A stretch of 64,000 nucleotides of DNA from Octopus sinensis (taxonomy: Eukaryota), in assembly GCF_006345805.1 (NCBI RefSeq), contig NC_042999.1, positions 98,208,001 to 98,272,000 of the forward strand. The letters run 5' to 3'. The notes beneath the pieces were generated by a model. That model was not told the origin of the DNA and searched no databases. It saw only the letters and a program-made list of their open reading frames with translations. The translations under genes and the position numbers were made by a program. Below, one piece after another: positions 1-14,034 of this stretch; position 1 is the stretch's first letter; the number at the start of each line of letters is the position of its first letter.

Positions 1-12
1 GAAGGAAGGGAA

Positions 13-409
13 GGTCAAGCAAAGGGTTACAGAGTTTCGCGACATAATTATATATAAAAACTTACTTGGAGAACAGAAAAGAAACGAAACGACGCGAGAG
101 CGCTCAGTCATGCAATGAATTAATAAATAAAATATATGCATACATAGATCTGTTCTCCAAGTAAGTTTTTATATATAATTATGACGCGAAACTCTGTAAC
201 CCTTTGCTTGACCGTTTCTCGTTGAGTTCTACGTCTATTTGTGGTGTCCTGTACTCACATATATATATTTATATATGCATGTATATATACATGTAGATGT
301 AGGTACGTACATATATGTATGTATGTATGCATATGTTTTATTTATTAATTTATTGCATGACTGAGCGCCCTCGCGTCGTTTCGTTTCTTTTCTGTTCTCC
401 AAGTAAGTT

Positions 410-410
<1 letters not shown>
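13..410. repeat. Nested inverted-repeat cluster (A-B-A'-C...B'-partial A'), probable Penelope-like terminal repeat
   Basis: 13-77 is the reverse complement of 149-213 (1 mismatch in 65 nt); 58-143 is the reverse complement of ~322-410 (about 3 mismatches). The Penelope origin is inference from the inverted-terminal architecture. Confidence 0.8.
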
Positions 411-479
<69 letters not shown>

Positions 480-696
480 ATAGATAATATATACGTGTGT
501 ATGTAATATGTATATATATATATATGTGTGTGTGTGTGAGAGAGAGAGAGAGAAAGTAAGTGTGTGTGTGTGTGTATGTATCTAGGTATACTATGTGATC
601 AGGTTAAATTTGACAGTTTGCATAAAAGGAATAGAAAACACAATATCCCATCAAAAAAAGACAGGTATTTTAAAACATCGAAAAATATCGACTAGA

Positions 697-1400
697 TTAT
701 GACTGGGAGATAACAGCTTTTACCACGTCCTCAAATGGCTCTGGAATCTGGTACATGCGTTCCTCATTCTGTTCCTGGAAACGTCTCCAAAGACCGCCTT
801 GATCTTGGCTATCAGCTCGGCCTCGATATTTGAGGCAGAGACATTGGTGTCTACTCAACGACGCCTTACACATAGCAATCCAACTGGGGGAATTAGGAGG
901 CCAGAGATTGGGACTGGTAAAATCATGGAAATTTTCCGACACCCACTTCGGACTCTTTCCAGAGGTAAGGCAAGGAGCCGAATCCTGCCACAACACATAT
1001 GATCTTCCAATAGCAGCTCTATCCAGCCAGGGATTGACCACAGACTCCAGTAATTTCACATAGTTGTCTGAACTGAGCCCAAGGCACTTTTCAAACGTGT
1101 AAGGATGAATTGCAACGTGCAGCTTCTGTCAGATGCCTACTGTGTCCTTTCCTGCTGGCTACGGCATGGTAGTCTCCGTTGCAGCTGCATGTCACATGTC
1201 ACATCTTACAGCCTTTACAGTGTTCACAGAGCATTGAACAGCAGTAATGGTCTCGGCATTTTGATACTCGATGTGAATAATCATGGTACAGGTAACTCTT
1301 CCAATATTCAGATGGCTTCCAAAACTCCGTGTCAGCTAACTTATTCCCAACTACAAATTTAATCTTCAAGCTCTCTAACATCATTGACTGTTCACCAATA
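697..1400 (-). mobile_element. Tc1/mariner-superfamily transposase remnant (maT/DD37D-like), frameshifted
   Basis: ORF 697..1059 reads YVLWQDSAPCLTSGKSPKWVSENFHDFTSPNLWPPNSP, matching the mariner QQDxAPxH and WPPNSPDLNP motifs; stops and frameshifts upstream. Confidence 0.85.
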
Positions 1401-1654
1401 CATCAAGGTGTACCTGAAAGAAAGGAGACATAAAATATCGTCAAATTTAGGCGAAGACCTTGAGTGTGTGCGTGTTTGTGTGTGTGTGCATGTGTGTGTG
1501 TGTGTGTGTTTATGCACACATATCGATTAAATGGGTAGTATAGTCTCTGTCTCTTACTCGCTGCCTCTCTTACACGCATACACACACACGGACACACACA
1601 CATTCATTCATACACACATACACAAAGCCTATCCAAACTTCGTTAGGCATACAT

Positions 1655-1702
<48 letters not shown>

Positions 1703-1707
1703 ATATA

Positions 1708-1743
<36 letters not shown>

Positions 1744-1768
1744 TAATGCCTTAATATCTATATATGTT

Positions 1769-1819
<51 letters not shown>

Positions 1820-2224
1820 GTATATATATGTGTATATATATACATATTTAAATCTATCTATCTATCTATATATATATACATACAAATATATATACATATG
1901 TGTGTGTGTGTATCTAGTTCTATGGGTGTGTGAGCGCTCGTTTGCTTGTGTGAGCATTTTTGCGTATGTGTGCGTGTGTGTGTGTGTTTGCAAAAAATTT
2001 AAATAAAATTATATATGCATGCATGTGCAAAATGCTTGTCAGAATAGCTTTAATAAAATGTCTCGCCATTGCATGAGTGATCAAAAGGATCTTTGAAGAC
2101 CTGGGACCTCACACAATTCTCAAAACGCTTTCCTAGCTATTCTTTTTCAACATTTACCTCCCGACTCACTTCTAAATTCATCTACCTCTGTCTTTATATA
2201 CACATATATTCATACATAAAAGTG

Positions 2225-2333
<109 letters not shown>

Positions 2334-2772
2334 GCCTGTCTGTCTATCTAACTAGCTGCCTATCTAACTATTTTTCATGCGACAAAGAAAATCATTAAAT
2401 CGCATTTCAATGTCTTTTTAAAGACTGTGCATATACATACATACGTACATACATACATACATACATACATACATACATACATACATACATACGTACGTAC
2501 GCACATACATACATACATACATACGTACCTCAACATATTAGCATGCATATAATTATGTATACATATATATGTGTTTGTGTGTGTGTACATATATGCCTGT
2601 ATGTGTTTATGTATGTATATTTCATATATGCTTGTATATATGTGTGCTTCTATGTGTATATATTACATATATTTAGCTTTATATATACATGTAAAATATA
2701 TAAATACCTAAATATGAATATGTGTATATTAATATATAATATATATGAATAATGAATAAATACATACATGCA

Positions 2773-2848
<76 letters not shown>

Positions 2849-3248
2849 TATGTACATATAGATTTTCTCATATATATATAAAGATGTATACCGTATACAT
2901 TGATATTAAAATTTGTTCAGAACTGCTTATTCGTTTTTTCATCCGTAATTGTTGCCATAGAAATATATACGCTTGTGGTGCGAAAGGTTGTGGCGGTAAT
3001 ATGTCTTTTTCTTTATATATCTATATTATAAGATGCACAAGTGTAAGCTACAAAATTTAATATTTGACAAAGTACTTTTCAAATCGTCAATTAATATATA
3101 TCATGAAAAGATTTGCGGTATTATTTCTTATGAAGTTTAGTTTTCATATACATACATACATACATACATACATACATACATACATACATACATACATACA
3201 TACATACATACACAGACATATATGTATATATGCGTGTTTGAATGAATG

Positions 3249-3293
<45 letters not shown>

Positions 3294-3385
3294 TTGTGTG
3301 TGCGCGTGTGTATGACTGTGTATGTGTATGCGTGTATATGTATATATATTTATATATACACACATGCACATATATATACATACAA

Positions 3386-3462
<77 letters not shown>

Positions 3463-3747
3463 TAAATACATTCATACGTATACTTGTTTAGATGTGTGTC
3501 CGTATATACGCGTATGTGTATAAATATGTATTTGTATGTGCATACGTGTGTACGCTTTTGAAGTATTTCTTTTGAAATGGTCTAAGAAGCACTAGCAATG
3601 ATAAATGTCAAGTTTTCTTGATATCACTTGGACAGTGGCTTTTGTTTGTCGTTAAATACATAGAAATGCGCGCGTACGTCTGCGTCTTCACGGTCTTATT
3701 GATCCGCACATATATACGTACATACAAGCATGTATACATATATTCAT

Positions 3748-3814
<67 letters not shown>

Positions 3815-5289
3815 CATCTGAAAAATTACTTGGCTCACAATGATTGTTTGGATGTGTTTTCTAAGAAAGCATTGCGTTACATAACGCAGTGCACCGAGAG
3901 TTATGGCTATGAATAAGAATCTGCACTCAGATTATAAAATCTGCTGTCTTAACGTTGTTGACTGTGTTTCCTCATCCACTGGATCATTAAACCAGCATTT
4001 GACAACTGTTCCCTGTCCATACTTCAACGGCGATTCATAAGTAAATTGATCTCTTGTTGCTTGGGATAGTGTGAAGGATTCATTTGACATACTAGTAAAA
4101 GAAGCCAAATCTTACTCAAACCACATTATATCAAATCAATGTGTTCTCAGCCACTGGCTTTTTTTTTTTAAACCAGCCATTCTTAACTGTTCCTAAGCTA
4201 TAGTTCCGCAACGGTGCATATGAGTCAATATATATATTTCCCCCCTCGCCAACGAAGAGGTCTTCTCAATAGTCACGTGACCGATGAGAAATATTAGCCA
4301 AATCTCCCTCAACTCTTGTTATTTCATTGTGAATTCTCTCACTTGTCGGATCATTAGAGCTGCCATGCTTAAAGTCTTACACAAAGCTAACACAATGGAC
4401 AGTGTAGGTCTTGCATACATATAACTAACGGCATGGTCATGTTGGAAAACCTCTCATCATAAGGTGACTCAGCCAGGTTTCACTCGGGTGAAACAACAAC
4501 ATTTGTACTTAGTGTCAATACAAATTACCACGTCTGTTGTTTTTAGCCTATATTAGTTTTGATTAAGATGTATGACCGAAGGCGCTCCAGTAGTCATTCT
4601 GTTAAATGTGTATGTAGAGTGCGTTCAAGTCTTGAGAGAAAACTGACAATTGTATCAATGATAGTCCGAGAGACCACGTGGAGGTTCCTTCATTGGTTTG
4701 CTGTTACATTTTGTTATTATATAATGTAAATACTCTACTTAACAGGATTGAAACATTACTCTATATCGTCTTTATTTACCAAAAATTTCGATTGGCTAAT
4801 ATTATTCGAATCAGCTACCTCACTTTTAGATTTTAAACTCATCCCAGGAAACAAGAATAGCTGCATGGTTATTCTTAGCGAACCCAAGTTTTCCAACTCA
4901 CTTTATTACATATGTGAACGTCTACCATATGAGAATTTAGTGGAACATTACCTCGAGTTACATCGTCTCAACTTTATTGCACGTATATTACATGTATGTG
5001 TAGTTTAAAGTGCATGAGAAATGTAACTTATCCTGGAGAGGAAGTGTATCTACCACAGGTAACATTCCCAGCTGATCTGGTGATACTTTTCCTACCGAGA
5101 GGAAGATGAGCTGAAGCAATGTAAAACAAAATATTCTTCCCAAAAACACAATGGAGTCACTCTGTTGTGGATTTGAAGCCAATAGCAATCAGCTAATCGT
5201 CTAATATCATATCCACTCGATAGGCTTGCTTCTAAAATGTTGCATGGTCCTGAGGTAAATGTTTATTATTTGCTTCTTGTTCTAATAGA

Positions 5290-5427
5290 CGCGCGTGTGG
5301 CTGTGTGGTTAGAAGCTTGCTTTCCAACCACATAGTTCCCAACCACCTAGTGCCTTCTATTATAGCCTCGGGCCGACCAAAACCTTGTGAGTGGATTTGG
5401 TAGACGTAAATTGAAAGAAGCCCGTCG

Positions 5428-5473
<46 letters not shown>

Positions 5474-5632
5474 GTTTGTGTGTCTGTGTTTGTCCCCTTA
5501 CCAGCACTTGAGAACCGATATTGGTGTGTTTACGTCCCCGTAACATAGCGGTTCGGCAAAATAGACCGATAGAATAAGTACTAGGCTTACAAAGAATAAG
5601 TCCTAGGGTTGATTTGTTTGATTGGAGGCGGA
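5290..5632 (+). mobile_element. tRNA-derived SINE family A (internal (AT)n/(GT)n tract)
   Basis: Head GGCTGTGTGGTTAGAAGCTTGCTTTCCAACC; body CCGACCAAA..CCTTGTGAGTGGATTTGGTAGACG; tail GGTTCGGCAAAA..GACCGATAGAATAAGTACTAGGCTTACAAAGAATAAGTCC. The same blocks recur at 6245, 7338, 45240, 55870, 58070 and 60335. Confidence 0.85.
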
Positions 5633-6061
5633 CCTCCAATGACAAGATCATTAATAGAATTTTTGAAAGACTCTTAAAATGCCTTTCACACAATACAGTG
5701 AGAATGAATTTGAGTAACTTTTAACATAATTTATTTTAAGGTATGGATGAATTAAGTTTAGTTGTAACCTCCCCATTCTTATAAACATCAAGTAGCTGTT
5801 TAACACCCTTTGTGATTGTGAGTGCACCAAACCACACGTGTGTGTATGATTACATTTTCGCTGATGCTAGTATGAGCGAGTGCACTCGCGCCATGCAGCT
5901 TGCGTGAGGGTGTTTATACATCAATATTTGTTAACGGTTATTTTTAATACTTTTCTCGCTGTATTGCGTATTCGTTTCTCTTTCTGTCATCTGTGATTTT
6001 ATTTTTGATCTTCTAGATAAATGAAGATATTTCCTTTTTGTTACTTTTCTTTCTACCAAAG

Positions 6062-6151
6062 GAGAAGATATATTGCGGAACTATCATTTTAACAAGTTGT
6101 GTCTATTTATCACGCCGGATGTTCCTGAACCAGTTGTTAAGTGTCCCACCC
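6062..6151 (+). other. Candidate 90-nt internal exon (phase 1-1), peptide EDILRNYHFNKLCLFITPDVPEPVVKCPT
   Basis: Polypyrimidine tract ending AAAG at 6061, open frame, donor C|GTAAGG at 6152. AAG acceptors are uncommon and I recognise no homologue. Confidence 0.2.
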
Positions 6152-6244
6152 GTAAGGGATCTATGCTAGATGTGTCGAAACAATTGTCGTGATTAATAGT
6201 AAATTCTCGTATATTCCATTTTCCGCCTTTCATTTACCATATGT

Positions 6245-6462
6245 GTGTGTGTTTGCAGCTCCACCCCCCTCCACACACACACACCATCGCTTAACAACTG
6301 ATGTTGGTGTGTTTACATCTCCGTAACCTAGCGATTCGGCAAAAGAGACCGATGAAATAAGTACTAGGCTTACAAAGAATAAGTCTTGGTGTCGATTTGT
6401 TCGATGAAATGCGGGGTTCAAGCATGGCCGCTGTCAAATAACTGAAACAAGTAAAAGAGTAA
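6245..6462 (+). mobile_element. SINE family A, 3' half
   Basis: Matches the tail blocks of 5290-5632 (CGGCAAAAGAGACCGATG..AAGTACTAGGCTTACAAAGAATAAGTC..ACTGAAACAAG). Confidence 0.8.
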
Positions 6463-7337
6463 TATTCTTTATACAAAATGGTGTAGTATTTTTGCTAACC
6501 CTGATTGAGAAGACTTATGACTAAAGGTATCTTGTTGGAAATCTTTCAGTCTTATTTTCAGGAGTATTGCATACTGGATCATATTATTCAAAGTATCATT
6601 CCATTTTTAGACAGAGAGAAAATTGGCTGCTATTTTTAACAGATCTGTCATTGTTTTGAGGTGTTTATATGTTGTATATCCAGCGGTGGCTTCGGTACTA
6701 TACTCAAAGTCATTGGCCGTTGTAGGTAGTAGAGGGTGTTACAGAGCCATGTGCCCACTAATGGACGGCGAGCCTTAGAAGAAGCAACCTAGTAGAAATA
6801 GCAGCAAAATCTTCCACAAATCATATTTTATCGTTTTAAAAAATGATGGACATATATGATAATATAGTCTTATATAAACTATGCCTGAAATAAAAAAAGA
6901 TATATGCCTAAATAAAGATGGAGTTGTCATGTCAGGGCTCTATCCCTCATAGGTTTTGTTCGAACACTAAGAACCGGTTATTAAACCTCCTCCTCTTCCT
7001 CCCCTCCTTCCCTCCTCCTCCTCCTCCTCATCATCATCATCATCATCAACAACAACAGCTTAGCGTAGATAATTACATTGATTGAGTAGCTGATAATGAG
7101 CCGTGTGAGGTCGACCATCAAAATTACTGCTCTGTGTCAGTAGTCAAATACGTTCACTGTCAATTGACTCGGCGTATTTAACCATAAATACATACTGTTT
7201 GTTAGAAACTACATATTTTCCAGGAACTCCCATATTTTCCAGTGAACTGATATAATTAGTGTTTCTTTAAAAACAAATGCACGCCAGTTAACTCATTGTA
7301 AAACTTAGCAGCTATATTTGATTGCTATAATTAGGAT

Positions 7338-7715
7338 ATATTCTTTTAGTTGTTTCAGTGATCTGGCTGCAGCCATGCTGGAGCACCGCCTTTAGTCGAA
7401 CTAATCGACCCCAGGACTTATTCTTTGTAAGCCTAGTACTCATTCTATCGGCCTCTCTTTGCCGAACCGCTAAGTTACGGGGACATAAACACACCAACAT
7501 CGGTTGTCCAGTGATGGTGGGGTGACAAACACAAGCACACAAACATATAAACATATACATATATATGTATATACATATATACAACGGGCTTCTTTCAGTT
7601 TCCGTCTACCAAATCCACTCACAAGGCTTTGGTCGGCCCGAGGCTATAGAAGAAGACAGTGGGACTGACCCCGGAGCAATGTGGCTGGGGAGCGAGAATC
7701 TTATCACACAGCCTT
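7338..7715 (-). mobile_element. SINE family A, near full length
   Basis: Reverse complement of the family A head, body and tail blocks. Confidence 0.85.
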
Positions 7716-7912
7716 CAGTGCGCCTGTAAAAAAGCTGCGACCACGACGATGTGTGTATAAATCTTCAAGATTGGAGGGTACAATAAACTATCGTACAAAA
7801 TACAGGACACATAAATATATTCATAGATTGTCACTAGTAATTGACTATGTCCATTCCGAGTGGTATAGTGGTACAGAATATTACATACATACATACATAT
7901 ATATATATATAT

Positions 7913-7949
<37 letters not shown>

Positions 7950-8072
7950 TATATATATATTAGGTCATCCCATAAATAATGCGTGTTTTTTATGCTTCTT
8001 TTATTTTTCAAAATGAAAGTTCTTTTCTAATCTAAGATATTCTCTCCTTTGTTTCTGGGAGAACACGATAAC

Positions 8073-8117
<45 letters not shown>

Positions 8118-8338
8118 TCTTTATTGCCCACAAGGGGATAAACATAGAGGGCACAAACAAGGACAGACAAAGGGATAAAGTCGATTACATCGACCCCAGT
8201 TCGTAACTGGTACTTAATTTATCGACCCCGAAAGGATGAAAGGCAAAGTCGACCTCGGCGGAATTTGAACTCAGAATGTAGCGACAGACGAAATACTGCT
8301 AAGCATTTCACCCGGCATGCTTACGTTTCTGCCAGCTA
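8118..8338 (-). mobile_element. tRNA-derived SINE family B next to (AAT)n
   Basis: Reverse complement of CTGAGTTCAAATTCCGCCGAGGTCGACTTTGCCTTTCATCCTTTCGGGGTCGATAAATTAAGTACCAG (B-box-like GAGTTCAAATTCC); also at 11345, 15960, 41724, 41935 and 58276. Confidence 0.85.
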
Positions 8339-9310
8339 ATAATTAATGATAATAATGATAATAAACCTTTATATTTCGGCACTGAGAAATGTTAATTTTC
8401 ATGAGGCAATCCCTGATAACCAAAAAACAATGTTCTGTTTGTGTATAATTCATTGGAGCTTCTTAGCGGGTGTCTATGGTCATGGCTTTATTCTTATACG
8501 TGTAAGAATACATATATGCATAATTTTAGTGTATGTAAACTGGTGCGTGTGCAATATCAATAAGGCAGGACTGCCAGTTTATTTTAGCAGGAAATTGAAC
8601 AATGTGTACAATAATTATTCCGTTACAACGTATTTTATCAAGACAAGCTGAAAAGCTAGAAATATTTTGTTTTCAGGGTATTGATATGCATTGAAGAGAA
8701 GCATTCGTCACATTTTTCAACGATTATATTCTTTTATTTTTGTGGTAGACTATCTAGGAAGGTCTATTCTGTTGGAGACAGAATATTTAGAAAGAATACT
8801 GTTGTTTCTATGTATGTAAAAAATGGCTATCATTGATTAGGTGCGCATGTTGATATATATAACATACTAATCGTTGATTGGTTGATGAAAATTAGTTCAA
8901 TTTATTCACTCGTCAATTAAAGCTGTGAATGATATCGATTGGGCTGCTGATACGTCACGAAATAAAGTTCACTCATTTCCAGGAGAAATTCATTACATTA
9001 TTTTAATACAAAAGAATATCATATATATATATATATAATATAGATGAAAGACTTCAATAAACTAGTATTATCCAAGATATTAACACCCTACTTCAGTGTT
9101 TGAAATTTCAAGCAAAGGATATAACCCTTACATTATATGTTGATCGAAGGTTTTAGAGTGTGAACCAGCAAATTTCAATTTTACTCCATTTCAATTTCAC
9201 TGAGTAAGGAGCAGAAAGAGTTAAAACAAAGAATAACATTCTCAAAAGTTGTATATGTTTGTGCGTGTGTGTATGCGTAAACGTGCAAGTGTGTGTGTGT
9301 GTGTGTTGTG

Positions 9311-9360
<50 letters not shown>

Positions 9361-9559
9361 GCGTGTGCGTGTGAATGTAGCAATTACATCATGAAAAATG
9401 CATTTAACACACAAACCTGTTATATTCACTAAACTTTTATATGCTTATGATATCTCATAATATAGTCATCGGTTATGACCGGTCAGAAAGTTACCATTAT
9501 TTTCACGTCTATTATTGCACTTAGCAATATTGGTGATTCAACATATTTGCTGACCGGAG

Positions 9560-10066
9560 ACACATAACCTCTGTAATAACGGAGGTAAAAATGCAGTTTT
9601 CGTCAGCTTAATGTTGAAAAAAAAACACTGAAACAATTTTTTTCCGAAGCGGAACTCCTTCTTGGAGAGACGCAATTGATTCTTTTTGAAGAGTTTGAGC
9701 TGTGTCCGAAAAGGGGCAGTTTATGTCTGTTTTCTGTTGACTAGCTAGCAAGTGGAGAAGCCCAGTTTTCTAACACGATTTTTCTATCAAGCATGCACCG
9801 ACTGAAAATTTCACTTTTTGAATTTAAGAAGACACACGTATCAAGAGAATCTTTTAGGATTCTTGCCCTTTTAGTCAAGCAAAGTTTGCATCAAGATGAA
9901 GAGATGATCACAGGAAATAAATTTTTCAGTAAACGATTACACATGAACCAAGGCACAGCCTACTGAAAAAATCCTGCCATTTTCCAACTCACGTCGAAGT
10001 CTGCGGCACACCCGTGAACCATACGAAACACAAAATGTGCTGCGGCACATTGGCTGCAATCACCTG
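9560..10066. mobile_element. Probable hAT (Charlie/Buster-like) remnant
   Basis: Right end TGTGCTGCGGCACATTGGCTGCAATCACCTG resembles hAT subterminal/terminal sequence; the interior is decayed coding-like sequence. Confidence 0.35.
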
Positions 10067-11344
10067 ATATTGACAATGCAATATGGAGTGAAGCTGGTCT
10101 TTAAAACCAACTGGTTAAATCAATGGACAATTAATATTGATTTGTTACTTGGCATAAGGCCAGCATAACTGCCTGTAAATTGTGCTTTCGGTAGTATGAT
10201 CAAATCAATGTTTCTCCATGAGTAGTAGCACAGTATATTGATGAAAGGCAAATTCAACCCCGGTGGTATTTGAATCCAGAGTGTAAGAAAGCGTGTCTAA
10301 ATCCACAATTTTTTTCTCGGTACTAACTTTCACTCATCTATGTTAAATTTATTATTGTTCTCTAAGATAGGCGCAAGATTAGCCATTTTGGGAGAGAGAA
10401 CAGTCGATAAAATCGACATTAGTATTTGTTTGATATTTATTTTATCGACTCTGAAAGAATGAAATCTGAACATTAAGACACACATCTAAATACTGCAATA
10501 TATTTTTTACCCGACGTTTTTACTAATCCTAACAATCAACTGTTATATTAATTGATGTTACAATAAGGTTATTGGTGAAAGTAAAGCATTCTCAGATGTT
10601 ATGTATTACTTCTCTACTGGGTTTGCTTTCTTTGGCATTAAAGAAGTAACCTCTGTCTGGTTCAACGACTTGCTAGTAATGAACCCCCTCCTCAGTCAGA
10701 CTCTACCGTCATATAGAAGTTCAATGGTCTGAGATGTGATGTGAACGAAGATTTGCCAAACGGATATAGAAGATGAATTGCCAATACCCCAAGAAAAGAA
10801 ATGGTGAGCTATTGTGTAGTGTGCTCAGTACTTCAATTATGACTACATCTGTCAAATATACTAATATATATCCAGTATTATTTATATACTACCTCTGACT
10901 CAATGCTTCTTTTGTAATTAGGTATGTAATGAATTCATTACTTCCGTTTTAGGTTGTAAATTGGCAAAATTTGTTCTAGCTCTTTTCCCCAAGAGTTCAA
11001 ATTCCGTTAATATCAGCTTTACTGTTTATTATTTTGTTGGTCAATAAAATAAAGTATTTATTCAGGGCAGCCGACTGCTAGAACTGTTAGCGCGTCAGAC
11101 GAAATGCCTTGTGGTAGTTGTTCTGTCTTCTGAGCTTTTAGATGATAAATTTAATCACCCAGTTTAGTACCTTTGCCTGCTCTTTGGGTGCCTTTATTGG
11201 AGTTCCCTTTGTTGCGCTTCTCATTTGTCTTAAAAGCTTTGAAAAAATATAACGTGTCATACGTGGTGCATTTCCCTCTCTCGTGAAATGGTAAGAAAAA
11301 AACAAAAAAACTACGTGTATGACATATTCAGTTCTTCACTTTCT

Positions 11345-11572
11345 AAATTATATGTATTTCTTTATTGCCTACAGGGGGCTAAACAAGGACAGACAAAGGG
11401 ATTAAATCGATTACATCAACCCCAATGCGTAACTGGTACTTATTTAATCGACCCCGAAAGGATGAAAGGCAAAGTCAACCTCGGCAGAATTTGAGCTCAG
11501 AACGTAACGACAGACGAAATACCACTAAACATTTCGCTTGGCGTGCTAACGATTCTGTCAGCCCGCCGCCAT
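11345..11572 (-). mobile_element. SINE family B
   Basis: Same blocks as 8118-8338 (CGACCCCGAAAGGATGAAAGGCAAAGTCAACCTCGGC). Confidence 0.85.
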
Positions 11573-11989
11573 ATCCTTGTAAATTATATGCGACCTCTTT
11601 GTAGAGTTACATCCTTGTGATTACTTCTATTTTGACTAAATGTGTAATGTTTTCCATAATTTAAGTGTTGTTGCTCAGGTGTTATCTGAATAAATCAATG
11701 CAACACACTCATTCCACATGGACTAACTTACTTTTTCATTTCATTTCGTACCGAACCAACGAGGGAGAGCCTATACGTGATCGCACATTCGGTTAAAATA
11801 TATTGACAAAACACCCCCAAAATTACGCCTGTAGCATTATTATAAAAAAAACACACCCAATAAAGTAATACAGACAGAATGGCCATAGTTAGAATGTCTT
11901 TGGTCATTGTAACAAAAAATATTATCTTTTTGAGATGTAACTATTACAGTTAAGCACTAGTGGAATTCAAAAATATATAGAATACACAT

Positions 11990-12170
11990 GAAGGATATGC
12001 ATACTGCATATCTTTGAACGTCCTTTAAAAACCATAGCAAATATTGAACACGGAACACCTCCTGCGCTTGCTTGTCAGTCACTAATGTGCTCTTGAAGAA
12101 TTTATTATATTCAAACCTGCGTATTCTATGTACATAACATTTAGCAAATTGTAGGTCAATAGTTCTTTAT
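11990..12170 (-). mobile_element. Possible Mutator/MULE transposase remnant
   Basis: Open frame ...LVTDKQAQEVFRVQYLLWFLKDVQR resembles the MULE motif TD-x-A..VFP...LCxFH..KNV with deletions. Confidence 0.3.
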
Positions 12171-13309
12171 TACTTAGTTCTCAAAAACAAGTGTTTTCAA
12201 TGTGTCTCTTTTAGCCACTCTGCGATATTAAACTGACTAATCTAATTCAGTATCATTTTATGGTGCTTATCTCTTCTGCGGTTCTACTTGCGAGCTTATG
12301 AAAGGATAACTCTGTTGAAAATTTAAAGTCATAGCTTAAATTCTTTGACTGAAAAAGCCAGGCCATTTTGGAATTCTGCATTGATAATGCTTAATTACAT
12401 TGATATATAAAACCTTCAAGTTTATACGGGTGGCGGTGGTGGGATGCCTCCATAGAGGATATGATCATTTGTTAATATTCTTAAAATTTTATATGTTAAC
12501 TGAGTTTTATTCTGTTTTATTTTTTTATAAATTTCCTTATTTTAGTTTCTGGCGGAAAGTATTAGTCTTTTCTCGAACCTTGCTAGATGACAGCTACCAT
12601 TGATTTTGGATAATGTACCTTTAAGTCGCAGTTGAAGATTGATGAATTAAATATTCACCTAATAGTAGCACCACAATATTCGATACTTACTTATCTGTAT
12701 CTCCAAGATGAGTTATAACTAAAATAGTATGCATTGATCTGAGAATACAGCAATGAAAGCAAAATACTAATAGAAAGACGGCAGATGAAATTAACAGTCA
12801 AATCAATGTCTGCTTGCAATGTTCCATGTTATCCTATAGTCTGTTGAATAGGTTGCGAAGAAGAATAATTAGTTTCGTTGGTGCGATCTGCTTTTTCCGA
12901 TCAATCTTGTTCGCTAGCTATAACTAGAGAAAAGAAGTGAAGCCCAATATAACCTAACATTCACGCTTAAAATTAGGAAGTTCTGTTTGAGGTATATGGT
13001 TGTAAACTTTATGATCGATGGCTGATAACCTCAAACAGATGAATTTTTCTGTCAACACTTGTAATCAAGAAGTAGGTTCTCAAAGAGTGTATGGAGATGT
13101 ATTGATATTTATATATTTGTTTCGATGATATATGTGCATTAAAAGGAAAGAGAGAGAAAGAGCGAGAGAGACAGAGATGTATATATGTATAAATACATGT
13201 GTACGTGTGCGCAAGTATGCGTGTGTTTGCGTGTGCCTGTTTATCAATTTATATAAAGATACATAGATACATATATACTTATATATACATACAAATATAC
13301 ATGTCTCTC

Positions 13310-13314
13310 CTTGA

Positions 13315-13361
<47 letters not shown>

Positions 13362-13487
13362 GCCATATATACACATATGTATACATATATATATATATAC
13401 ATGCATATATATACATGCATATATATATATATATAATATATATATATATTATATATATATATATATATACATATATATGTGTGTATA

Positions 13488-13530
<43 letters not shown>

Positions 13531-13537
13531 ATATATA

Positions 13538-13594
<57 letters not shown>

Positions 13595-13617
13595 ATATAT
13601 AATATATATATATATAT
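13310..13617. repeat. Compound (AT)n microsatellite
   Basis: About 300 nt of interrupted AT dinucleotide repeat. Confidence 0.95.
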
Positions 13618-14034
13618 GGAAAACGCTATTTCTTTCAAGTATGTATTGAAAATATGTCTGTGTTCTAGTTTTATCATTTTTAGCAAGGAATGATCTGGAA
13701 TTGTTTTTAGGATAAAGTGATCTTGACCTGTATAACTACCTGTTTATTGATATATGGGGCCAATGTGTTTGGTGTGTAGTATAACTTTCGAATATTAGTT
13801 TCATCGGTGTTCATGTTTGTTTGAAACAACTAGACTTTGTGACTATTTATCGTCTATTTTTATGGAAAATTCTGGAGAGTATATCTTTTCGAATCTAATT
13901 TTGTTTAGTGATATTACAGAGTAAACCTTTATATGAAAGCTCAAATAAGTTACTAATGACCAATTTAATCTATAAATACCATTGTAAACTTGATGTAAAC
14001 TTCACGACTCTAACTGTTGTATTGATTTTATAAA

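Noticed and set aside
181-200. GAAAC-TCT-GTA resembling hammerhead stem III and cleavage site
   Set aside because: No CUGANGA core or stem II upstream.
6683-6730. GGFGTILKV resembling a kinase glycine-rich loop
   Set aside because: Stop after a few codons and no other kinase motifs nearby.
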